Of a DNA stretch of 64,000 nucleotides, positions 55,901-63,950 are shown in pieces. This DNA comes from a virus. The notes under the pieces were generated by a model that ran no database searches, had not been told where the DNA came from, and saw only the letters and a program-made list of their open reading frames with translations. The stretch's first letter is position 1; each line of letters opens with the position of its first letter. The translations under genes and the position numbers were made by a program. The stretch lies in IMG/VR virus record IMGVR_UViG_3300037011_001068, positions 32,001 through 96,000 of that record; one strand, written 5' to 3'.

Positions 55901-58900
55901 TGCTCCGGATAACTTTGAGACCATGCCGGAAGGGTTGCCTACTGAATTTAAACCAAATAAATGGAAAAATTCTCAAAAAATAGTAAATGCTCTTTTGCTC
56001 GCTCCTCTTGATACTAAGCTTGAAACGAGTAAGTATATCGCTACGCTTGTTCCTACACTGGGTGGAGGAAATGTTTGGTATATAAAATATAAAGATGCTG
56101 CTTACGGAGAGGATGTTACAAGTTCCCATTCTTCGATGGCATGGGATATTTCTATTCTTAAAGAACCTATGAAAGTTATTCTTCCGGAAAAAGTAGAAGA
56201 GCTTCCTGAATTGAAGACCATGGAAGAAAAACAAAATTTTTGGAAAGATCAACCATGGGGTGGAACGTTGGAAGTTTGGTCTGTAAATCCTTCTGGAGAT
56301 CTTTTTTCTTATGCACCGCTCGGGACCGCTATTGCCGCTCCAAAGCCGGGGGATGCTTCAGGCATGGCTTTAACAATTTGGCATAAAGGTAAAGGTGACC
56401 ACTGGTATACTATAGGTTATGCAATAAGCTCACAGGCACTTTCTACACTACTCCAACCTATTGTAAAAGCAAAAAAGAAGGCTCTCATCCTAAAAGGAGC
56501 TCCTGCTATTGCTGGCCTTATTAAAGATTGGCCCAATATTCAGAACATCACGCAAGACATTCCAATCAAGAATCCCTCGAAAATATTTCCAGGATTTTTG
56601 AGTGTAGCTCCTTTGGGAGCTCGCCTTACTTCTTATAAGCTCTCTACTGGCGGGAAAGTGGAGAGTCAGATGTTTGTAAAAGAAGATGGGGAAAATTGGA
56701 AAAATATCTTTACGCAAGATATTATAAATAACTATTTTGTAACTCAGCTCATGAATACGCAGGATGAAGTTTTTATTTATCTAGGAGGTATTCCTGGGAG
56801 CACTCCAAAGCCAACAATAAAAAAACTTGTACCTAAGCTCGTGCATGCCAAGGATGCAATAAAAATGCATGAGGCAATCAAAGCTTCAGGTGGTACGCTC
56901 AAGATCAAACCTAACTCCACTGATTCAACGGTGGCCTATGTTTGTTTGGACAACGTGATAGAGGGAGATGCGGCAAAAATACTGAATTCTGCGCTTTTGG
57001 AATTAAACCTTTCCCAGCATGTCTTGAATTTTCAGCAGTATCCTAAAACGAATAAATTCGGTGCTTTTGTGGCGATTCCTTTTTCCCATCTAGAAAATCC
57101 CGTGGAGATACAGGTGGAGGAGGGTGAACAAGTTCCTTCTGAACCGCCTGATCAAGTGGAGGAAAAGCCCCAGAAAAAAAAGCCTAAGAAGCTCTCCAAA
57201 AAAGAAATCCAGAAAATGGCTGCAGCAAAGCAAAAAATCGAAGAGCAGAAGGTATGGGCAATAGCGCACCCGACGGTGAAGGATCCAGAAACCTTCCTTC
57301 TCCTCGCGCACTTCCAGAAGCACATGGATAAGTGGTTTTCTGAAAGTCCCTGGTATGCGCGGGTGGAAAACGAAGGGGAGACCATCTTCCTGCAGCCGAA
57401 GAGCTTCCCTGAAGATTTTCCGGCGGTCATGAAAAAGCAGTTCCCTCTTGCGGAACAGGTGGAGACCATCCATGGGCCCATGATGCGGGTCTCTCTCCAG
57501 TCGCTCCGGGATCGCTATCCCGAGGCGCTCCCCGTAAAAGGCCCGGATGGTAAGCTCTATCCTGTGGGGACCACTTTCCAGACTGAAAAGACTTCGGTGA
57601 CCGTGGGGGACCTTTTAAAAACCGAGCCTGGATTCCATAGCATGGTCCCGCATACCTCTATGCCGGATTACATGGTGCTCAAAGTGGCTGGAACGGGAGC
57701 GAGCCAAAAAGAGCAGCTACATGCTATCGTCCAGAAATTTGGGTTACACCCACTTTTCACAGAGCCGAAACAAACATCGAGCTCCTGGATGCATTATTTT
57801 CTCAAGAAAGAGATCGATAATTCATGGAAAGAGGAGGAGAAGCTCGTGGTGCTCCCTGGGGAATCCCCCTCTCCCCTTCGCCTGGCTCCTTTGCCCTCGG
57901 GGACGACCACCACGGAGCATTGGGGGGAAGTGGGGGATAATCGTGCGGAGCTCGGGTTGTTGGAAGCTGTGAAAATTCCTTTGTACGGACACGTAATTCG
58001 GATTGGCAAACCGGGGATACTGACAGATTTTCAGGTGAACATCCGAAAAGTGAAGACCCTTTCAGGGGATCTTGTTTACGAGGTGACAGGAGATCTTCTC
58101 GAGTTCAAGGCTCAGTCCAGCAAATTGAATCCTACCTCTAGTATTCCTCTGACTTCGGCAGCTTCGCAATTGTTCGCGCCTTTGGGAAAATTAAAGACCA
58201 TTGAATACGATGCAGAGACCGGGGTGCATGACGAAAGCAAGAGCCCTGGGGAGATCATGAGCCTCTCTGGTTTTCAAGGAACCGTGCGTGATGGAAAAAC
58301 CGTGGTCCAGGTGATTCAAGATCCTTCTCAGCAAACCATGAATGGCACTTTCAAGGTGCGAATCCCGGTGGGGGATAATGTGGAGGAAGCACTCGGCGAA
58401 GCTTTTGAAGCGATGGGTTACAACGCCGCGGAGGCACTCTCCCCTATCGATGAAAAAAGCGATCGGATTTTTAAAAAGTGGTCTATCCTTCGCTCGACAT
58501 TAGGACCATTGGCTTTTGGGCAGTCCGATGCTGCTATACCACGGAAGCAGCGGCATGATGAGAAGTACCTGGATACACAACTTGATAAACTCGGCGTCCA
58601 GAAATTGGTTCCTACCGCGAAGGTACAGCGGATTTTTCAAAGCAAAGTCACGGTAACGGTAGCGGGTGAAGAGCATTTCAAGGAGCATTGGTCTTGCCCT
58701 TATGTGGGAACAAAATTTCCTTCCGTCATAATTCAGCTCGCGCAGGGTGCTGGGTGGGCAAGTCGAAAAGAGCGTTATCTGAAGGGTGTAGATACGGATG
58801 GAAAAAGTAAAGGTGAGGATTTTCAGACTGGCGGGGCTGCGGGTGTTTTTTGCCGTATCGCTGGGTCACAGGCAAAGATCAATCCAGCGTATGCTTATAA

Positions 58901-59273
58901 TGTAGTATTCCATCCTCGCTTGTTTAGACGAACAGACTGGTATCACTATAATGATGATCATTTTGGCGTGATTGCTCCTAATACCTTCAACACCATGGGT
59001 CCGCAGAAGGGAAGGTTGAGTGCAGGACCTATCACTAGCGTAGGAAATGAGATCATCTTTCAAGGGGGTATGGACATTCGAGATATCGTAGGAATCATGT
59101 GTACGAGCCCTGAATCGGCAACTTCTTTGAAAGAGAAGCTTATCAGCATGGGAATAACAGAGATCAATGGGGCTTCATTAGATGCTGCAATTAAGTACAT
59201 TCCGCCGTATGAAACAACAGGCAGCAAATTTTTAAAGGTATTTCACATCAAAGAAGATCCAGAGGAGGCATGA
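52923..59273 (+). CDS. giant polyvalent protein with a HipA/PI3-4-kinase-like domain, tandem small domains and a possible C-terminal ART-like domain
   Basis: GSHG...WIFK...AEEAA...DWLLANHDSHAGQFL...IAIDKG kinase motifs; three NFETMPE linkers. Confidence 0.7.
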   Translation: MLATQLTAPKWVHTSFQKAGVKTKPMKLGLGSWKGLSIIAIGPKGGRIIGYGRFHKAIYAGSAIAEHLVALREEAAASKKWTPSTEIQKLVEWLTELGIDGKAFKDRVEVEEDAGKLLGQSFSVYGNTEPGKKLSFKVAELLPHIGEPLKPAENEALSYAAEVASGQFQEEKLFPDLKTLEPVPLEGVYAKYAGSHGNKLFRDPEERLWIFKAANPIIARAEEAANRVGRHILGDKFPPAKYVQLGGKDGVLIGEMLGEVWQESSAMHSHPPLNLLKEHRLEVLQHEILDWLLANHDSHAGQFLSHEGELIAIDKGQAWKWIGEDTFHPGFKGQNPSDPIYKKFWEQVKSGKISSEGFVEAALEVIERWRQIPVEQFRSIVAPYVVTLAGGTHKEPEEIAKKLEARFLSLAKDVEGFLSGQLGQVVSFGGVQPIEPTTETLPSPLKLAPSPKEPELPIQAIPKPPLAGPLSVAIEPSSALSVASQWPITKGNEKGKVTVTSPGVKPPASWPAGIPGAGFMQDIVYKKEAYKLSIFEKGGKVSFLIQYPDGTSNTWPSINQAGDSLYLYANKLPISMGAKDKKEKGISLGSKVFRFEQFKAELEAAYGMPSVAVESPPSKAKSIKPLAESITVQTPKELEQANIIEPGQKNLPFYEVAEKLPAWEEVDPSVMPPEVQELIDQMDASITSYPDVWDAAIFPGKVVKILLNTTGKPGFLIGDVKQGKPVYHIYKQDPQGNYTIGSPMNAEIYDTGFDLYSKLGSKGLEEEPYDPLKVLMEGPKAGKEKPSEDNFETMPEKEAQPIQFSGKTANEHMKVAVALPAGTIITLTPAKWPDVPTVNFVKNEKGSWHPFDTATQAPLEKEIFSSNMIGVIVNSMLKNGGLVVHSMGAIKKPAPSNFETMPESVYQPKAGVPKLADIESAEEGAEIKLQTEGQDAPTVFTKTQGEWWVLNPGANKHEKVTFSEVFLADVLDTASQNSNITVKGMSLGQEKKPAPDNFETMPEGLPTEFKPNKWKNSQKIVNALLLAPLDTKLETSKYIATLVPTLGGGNVWYIKYKDAAYGEDVTSSHSSMAWDISILKEPMKVILPEKVEELPELKTMEEKQNFWKDQPWGGTLEVWSVNPSGDLFSYAPLGTAIAAPKPGDASGMALTIWHKGKGDHWYTIGYAISSQALSTLLQPIVKAKKKALILKGAPAIAGLIKDWPNIQNITQDIPIKNPSKIFPGFLSVAPLGARLTSYKLSTGGKVESQMFVKEDGENWKNIFTQDIINNYFVTQLMNTQDEVFIYLGGIPGSTPKPTIKKLVPKLVHAKDAIKMHEAIKASGGTLKIKPNSTDSTVAYVCLDNVIEGDAAKILNSALLELNLSQHVLNFQQYPKTNKFGAFVAIPFSHLENPVEIQVEEGEQVPSEPPDQVEEKPQKKKPKKLSKKEIQKMAAAKQKIEEQKVWAIAHPTVKDPETFLLLAHFQKHMDKWFSESPWYARVENEGETIFLQPKSFPEDFPAVMKKQFPLAEQVETIHGPMMRVSLQSLRDRYPEALPVKGPDGKLYPVGTTFQTEKTSVTVGDLLKTEPGFHSMVPHTSMPDYMVLKVAGTGASQKEQLHAIVQKFGLHPLFTEPKQTSSSWMHYFLKKEIDNSWKEEEKLVVLPGESPSPLRLAPLPSGTTTTEHWGEVGDNRAELGLLEAVKIPLYGHVIRIGKPGILTDFQVNIRKVKTLSGDLVYEVTGDLLEFKAQSSKLNPTSSIPLTSAASQLFAPLGKLKTIEYDAETGVHDESKSPGEIMSLSGFQGTVRDGKTVVQVIQDPSQQTMNGTFKVRIPVGDNVEEALGEAFEAMGYNAAEALSPIDEKSDRIFKKWSILRSTLGPLAFGQSDAAIPRKQRHDEKYLDTQLDKLGVQKLVPTAKVQRIFQSKVTVTVAGEEHFKEHWSCPYVGTKFPSVIIQLAQGAGWASRKERYLKGVDTDGKSKGEDFQTGGAAGVFCRIAGSQAKINPAYAYNVVFHPRLFRRTDWYHYNDDHFGVIAPNTFNTMGPQKGRLSAGPITSVGNEIIFQGGMDIRDIVGIMCTSPESATSLKEKLISMGITEINGASLDAAIKYIPPYETTGSKFLKVFHIKEDPEEA

Positions 59274-59608
59274 TGGACTTGTCCAAGGTCTATGAAATTC
59301 AGGTGCCTCGTGGGAAACCCTTCGGTCCACTAATTGCCGAGGTGAGTCAGAAGCCCGGGGGCCTTGAGCTTCTTACCGAGAATGGAATTCGATTTCTGGA
59401 TTTCGAGGACATCGATGAGCAGCTTATCGACGATGAAGCGCAAGGGGTAATCGAGATTCACTACCCAGATCGCCGGGTGGTACTTCAGAAAATCACCCTT
59501 GCCACTTGGGCGGACGTGGATCCTTTTTTGGGAAGAAAATTTCCGCTTGTGACCTCGGATGAAGCGCTCACCCAGGAGCTCCGAGAGTGGCTGGAGGATT
59601 CTCCATGA
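59270..59608 (+). CDS. small acidic hypothetical protein (possible partner of the upstream protein)
   Basis: GGAGG RBS; ATGA overlap. Confidence 0.55.
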   Translation: MMDLSKVYEIQVPRGKPFGPLIAEVSQKPGGLELLTENGIRFLDFEDIDEQLIDDEAQGVIEIHYPDRRVVLQKITLATWADVDPFLGRKFPLVTSDEALTQELREWLEDSP

Positions 59609-59811
59609 GATGCCCTCATTGTAAAAATCATGTGCTTCAGAAGAGCGGAGAGCGCACAAAACTGCGGATCCAGGGCCCCGTATTTTTCGATCGGCAGGGG
59701 AAGTGCAAAGCTACCTGTTTCTGGTGCAAAAGTGAAGTGGAGCTTCCCCTTCGGCTGCTCGGGGGAGTGCCTATCGAGAGCGAGACCTTTTTGCTTCCGA
59801 CAAGAGGTTGA
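59605..59811 (+). CDS. zinc-ribbon protein
   Basis: MRCPHC...CFWCK. Confidence 0.65.
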   Translation: MRCPHCKNHVLQKSGERTKLRIQGPVFFDRQGKCKATCFWCKSEVELPLRLLGGVPIESETFLLPTRG

Positions 59812-59836
59812 CAGATTTCTGGACCTTTTTTATTCT
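59808..59836 (+). promoter_or_regulatory. putative promoter for the protease-scaffold-capsid operon
   Basis: TTGACA-N17-TATTCT; the spacer contains GATTTCTGGA, the reverse form of the recurrent motif. Confidence 0.55.
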
Positions 59837-59945
59837 AAGGGCAGATTAAGGAATAGCTGTACGGTTGGCCCGGGTAGGATCCGTGAGGGATCGGTAGGGG
59901 CAAGCGATAGTATCGTTTGCCCCTTTGCCGTTTCGAGGTGGAAAA

Positions 59946-60803
59946 ATGGAAGGTGAGCTCCCGTTCGATGTCGAATTTCCCTTCTCCGTTTTTGAAAAAG
60001 CGGATGAAGAGCCAGGGAAGAGAAAACGAATCGGCGGTATTGCCTCGATCGAGACCCGGGACCGGCAGGAGGAGACCGTTCTTCAGAGAGGTTTGGATTT
60101 TTCAGATTTCGCGAAAAATGGTTGGTTCAACGATAATCACTCCAAAGATACCGCGGGAGTCGTAGGATATCCCGATGGATCTACTGAATTTTTTCGCAAA
60201 GGTCAGCGATTACCTAGCGGAGAAATCGCGAAAGCTTCCGGGCATTGGGTGGAGGGTTATTTGCTGGATACTCCGCGGGCCAATGCGATCTGGGAGCTCG
60301 GAAAAGCACTCCAGAAAACGCAACGTCGGCTTGGTCTTTCGGTGGAGGGAAAAATTCTGCAAAGAACCGGGCCACAGTTAAAGACGATTGCGAAGGCCCT
60401 GGTCCGAAATGTGGCTATCACGAATTGCCCCGTAAATACTTCCGCGCGCATGGAAATTCTGGCTAAGAGCCTTAAAGCCGCGGAGCAATGCGAAAGCGAT
60501 CTGGCCAAGACCCTGGGTATGGGTGTTCCAGCAATTGGGGCTGGGGGCGGAGTGGTTCCACCGGCCAGCATGGGGCCTCAAACGGGTATGGGTGCAGGGC
60601 AGGTGATTGCCCGGGAATCGCTCGAGAGCAAGCAGCACCCGCCAAAGAAGATCGGAAAGAAAAAAAAGATTAAATTCCGGAAGTCTTTTTCGCATATCGA
60701 AGCGATCCATTGGCTTCGCGCTCAACTTCCGCATGCTTCGGCGGAACAAATCGAGCGCTTGCTAGAAACCACCCGGCGACTAAAAAGCGCTGGAAAACTG
60801 TAA
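59946..60803 (+). CDS. prohead protease
   Basis: IGGIASIETRDRQEE, FNDNH, VGYP, LGLSVEG, NVAITNCPVN (SPO1-like protease pattern). Confidence 0.88.
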   Translation: MEGELPFDVEFPFSVFEKADEEPGKRKRIGGIASIETRDRQEETVLQRGLDFSDFAKNGWFNDNHSKDTAGVVGYPDGSTEFFRKGQRLPSGEIAKASGHWVEGYLLDTPRANAIWELGKALQKTQRRLGLSVEGKILQRTGPQLKTIAKALVRNVAITNCPVNTSARMEILAKSLKAAEQCESDLAKTLGMGVPAIGAGGGVVPPASMGPQTGMGAGQVIARESLESKQHPPKKIGKKKKIKFRKSFSHIEAIHWLRAQLPHASAEQIERLLETTRRLKSAGKL

Positions 60804-60813
60804 GGAGCGCCGA

Positions 60814-61725
60814 ATGAAAAATCAAAAACCGAATTCTGAAGAGAAAAACAGGCCTGGATTTCCGCCCCCCGGTGCGCCGAGCCCAATGACCAAGGCCAAA
60901 AAATCGAATGGAGAAGAGGGGGACGAAGGCAGGGGTGAAGAGGAAGACGAGGAGGACGAGGACGAGGAGGGCGATGGTGGGGAGGAAGACGAGAACGAAG
61001 CTGAAAAAGGCTGCACGAAAAGCCTTTCTCGTGAGGACCTCGAGAAGAGCCTAAGCCGCTTGAACGAGCTCGCGACAGAAGATGATCCGGCGGCGAGGAA
61101 AGAGGTGCTGCTCAAAAAAGCCCTTATCGAGGAGCTTTCCAAGGGAGAGCAGGAGGAGCTTCATCAGATTCTCGGGGGTGTCACTGAGCCGACCTCGAGT
61201 CGCCTGTCTGATGATGTTCGGAAGGGTTTTGGCGAAAATGAGACCCTGCAGAAGGCTCTTGACGTGAGCGACTACCTCCAGGAGAACAATAACGAGCTTC
61301 TGAAGAGCTTGGATACCTTGTCCAAGGCGATCGAAGCTTCGGACAGCCGGCAGCACGAATTCAACCTCGTGCTTGCCAAGGCAGTCTCAGACATCGGACG
61401 CGCTACCATGGCCATGAGCTCGAGGCTCGGTGTGATCGAGGCACAGCCGGCGAGGGCTCCGAAGTCTCGGGGCATTCACGCGCCTCTCGAGAAAGGATTC
61501 CAGGGTTCGGATCGCGCTCCCGACGGTTTGTCGAAATCTGAAATTCTGGATGCGCTGGAAGAGATGGCCGAAGATAGCATTAACAAAGGCCTCGGCGGCG
61601 TGATGGAAGATGGGGGAGATATTGCGCTTGCGATCAGCAAGTATGAACAATTCAACATGATCTCCCCAAGCCTCTTGAAGACGGTTCAGGGTCATATTCA
61701 GTCAAGGCGAGCCTCTGCCCACTAG
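60814..61725 (+). CDS. capsid scaffold-like protein
   Basis: Acidic and coiled-coil; lies between protease and capsid; about 15 xxK(A/S/G) motifs. Confidence 0.7.
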   Translation: MKNQKPNSEEKNRPGFPPPGAPSPMTKAKKSNGEEGDEGRGEEEDEEDEDEEGDGGEEDENEAEKGCTKSLSREDLEKSLSRLNELATEDDPAARKEVLLKKALIEELSKGEQEELHQILGGVTEPTSSRLSDDVRKGFGENETLQKALDVSDYLQENNNELLKSLDTLSKAIEASDSRQHEFNLVLAKAVSDIGRATMAMSSRLGVIEAQPARAPKSRGIHAPLEKGFQGSDRAPDGLSKSEILDALEEMAEDSINKGLGGVMEDGGDIALAISKYEQFNMISPSLLKTVQGHIQSRRASAH

Positions 61726-61784
61726 AGGGCGTGGGCCTTTTGCGGTTAACGGAAACCCCATACAGTGGGTAGGAGGATTCGGAA

Positions 61785-63218
61785 ATGTTTGGGAATGCAA
61801 ACATGGTGTCCTGGAAGGACTACGAGGGAGTAGAAGGATTCCAGGTTGGATCTCAGCAAGAAGTCGATCAGCTCAACAAAGCTCTGGCGGCCGGCCAAAG
61901 CATCAATCCCCCGGGGAGTGCCACCGCGGGAGATGGTTTCAGTTTACGCGTGGAAAGTTTGGAACGTACACTTAAGGTGACTACGTTCAAAATGGAACAC
62001 ATCAAATTCTGGAAACAAATTCCCAAGCTCGCAGCTTGGAACACAGTGGAAGAACACAATGCTCTGCATTCATACGGTCAAAATCCTGATGCCGGGTTTA
62101 TCGCGGAAGGCGATCTTCCGGGTGAAGACGACTCGACCTATGAAAGGCAGTTCGCAATCATCAAGTTTTTGGGGACCACACGCCGAGTGACTCACCCCAT
62201 GAGCTTGATCAAGCCGGCTCACGGAAATGTCATTTCAATGGAAACCGTGAATGGCACGATCCACTTGCTGCGGATCCTAGAACGGGCGCTTTTCTTTGGT
62301 GATAGCGCACTGTGCGCTTTGCAGTTCGATGGATATGCGAAACAGCTTCAGGCGAAGAGCAACGTGATCGATCTTCGAGGACAACCGCTGAGTGAAGACG
62401 TTCTCACCGATTCCTGCTTGACCGCGTTTGATGCCCCCAATTACGGCATGATCACTGATATCTATCTCAATCCGAAGGTCAAAGCAGACCTCGTGAAGAC
62501 GTTCTTCCCGAAGGAACGCCATCCAACCAACGTTGGGGACATGAGCAAAGTCGGCTTGGACATTAAGGGGTTCACTTCCCCCGCCGGCGATGTGATGTTT
62601 CAGCCGGATGTGTTCATTACGGATGGTGGCGGCGTGACCACAGCAGTCGGCGACGCAACCAAACGGCCAGCAACCCCGACCATCTCCACTCCTTGCACAA
62701 CCCCTGGTCCGGAGGCTCTCTCGAAATTTGGCGCCTTAGATGCTGGCGATTATCGTCTCCAGATCCAGGCCTGCAATCGCTATGGGCGAAGCGCCCCGGT
62801 AGCGGTGGATGCAGGCGCGGTGACCATCGGAGCAGCCGAAAAATTCACCTTCGGCGCGACCCCCGGTGGATCTACCACGGTTGAATGGTGGGAGCTTTTC
62901 CGAACAAAAAAAAACGGCGCGCTGGGGACCGAGCGTTTGGTTCTCCGGGTCGCTAATGCGGCCGGCGCAGCGGAAAGTATCATCTCTGAATACAACGACC
63001 AGATCCCCGGGTGCTACTATGGCTTTGGGTTCCAGCTCAATCTGGAAAACTTGTCATTCAAGCAACTTGCGCCTATGGTAAAAATACCACTGGCGACAAT
63101 AGACAGCAGTATCAGGTGGATGCAGCTTCTCTATGGGGTGCCTGTTCTTTACACTCCTGGAAAGAACATCCTTTTCAAGAACATAGGGCGGGCTCTCGGC
63201 TACGTCGGCAACCCCTGA
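61785..63218 (+). CDS. major capsid protein (SPO1/Herelleviridae-like)
   Basis: LNKA, LRVESLERTLK, TVEEH, IKFLGTTRRV, ERALFFGD, LQFDG, IDLRG, LAPMVKIPLA. Confidence 0.92.
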   Translation: MFGNANMVSWKDYEGVEGFQVGSQQEVDQLNKALAAGQSINPPGSATAGDGFSLRVESLERTLKVTTFKMEHIKFWKQIPKLAAWNTVEEHNALHSYGQNPDAGFIAEGDLPGEDDSTYERQFAIIKFLGTTRRVTHPMSLIKPAHGNVISMETVNGTIHLLRILERALFFGDSALCALQFDGYAKQLQAKSNVIDLRGQPLSEDVLTDSCLTAFDAPNYGMITDIYLNPKVKADLVKTFFPKERHPTNVGDMSKVGLDIKGFTSPAGDVMFQPDVFITDGGGVTTAVGDATKRPATPTISTPCTTPGPEALSKFGALDAGDYRLQIQACNRYGRSAPVAVDAGAVTIGAAEKFTFGATPGGSTTVEWWELFRTKKNGALGTERLVLRVANAAGAAESIISEYNDQIPGCYYGFGFQLNLENLSFKQLAPMVKIPLATIDSSIRWMQLLYGVPVLYTPGKNILFKNIGRALGYVGNP

Positions 63219-63341
63219 CAGCGTTGAGCTCTTGAGGTAGGGGTAAAAGCGAATAAGTATGGGGCGGTGACAAGAAGCTCTTAACACCCCCCGAGGATCT
63301 TCTGTCACCGTCCCGTGTTCGTGGGGGCAAAGGAGAAAATC

Positions 63342-63950
63342 GTGGAGCACACTTTATCTGATGCGGAAAAAGGAAGGCTTCCAACACCCTCGGAAGAAGA
63401 GACGCTAGATATTCTCACCGCAGGCTGCATTCCCGCCTACATGGGCGCTCCCATTGCGGTGGATGATGACCGGATAGTGGTGTCTGCGGATTGGGCGGAT
63501 GGTGCGCTTACCGTCGCCGCGCAGCCGGACGTGCCTCGAAATCTGACCGCGGTATTGACCGACGCAAACGCCAGCATCACAGCGGGCCTCTTGACCCTCA
63601 CCGGCCTGGACGCGCAGGGAAGGGTCGTCTCCGAAGTGATGGACATCACCGCAGGGCTTTCCTGGGTCGGGACCAAAATCTTCGCCAAGGTGACTAGCGC
63701 GGTCATTTCTGGAACAGCCGGGACCCCGGCAGCCGGAACGGACGTTGTGAAGGTCGGCGTGGGTAACGTTATTGGGACATGCGTGGACCTCGTGAAGGCT
63801 ACTGAGGTAGTGCATTGCTATTTGGGAACGCTAGTCACTCCGACAGCGATCGCTGTCGGGGAATCCAAGAGCGGTATCAACGCCAGCGGTTCGACGTACA
63901 ATGGAACCAAAGTGCTCTGGGCGCTTTTGCGGCCCGCAAAAAATGCGTGA
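63342..63950 (+). CDS. putative head decoration/structural protein
   Basis: A/T/G/V-rich beta protein with QPDVPRNL, after the capsid gene; AGGAG RBS. Confidence 0.6.
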   Translation: MEHTLSDAEKGRLPTPSEEETLDILTAGCIPAYMGAPIAVDDDRIVVSADWADGALTVAAQPDVPRNLTAVLTDANASITAGLLTLTGLDAQGRVVSEVMDITAGLSWVGTKIFAKVTSAVISGTAGTPAAGTDVVKVGVGNVIGTCVDLVKATEVVHCYLGTLVTPTAIAVGESKSGINASGSTYNGTKVLWALLRPAKNA

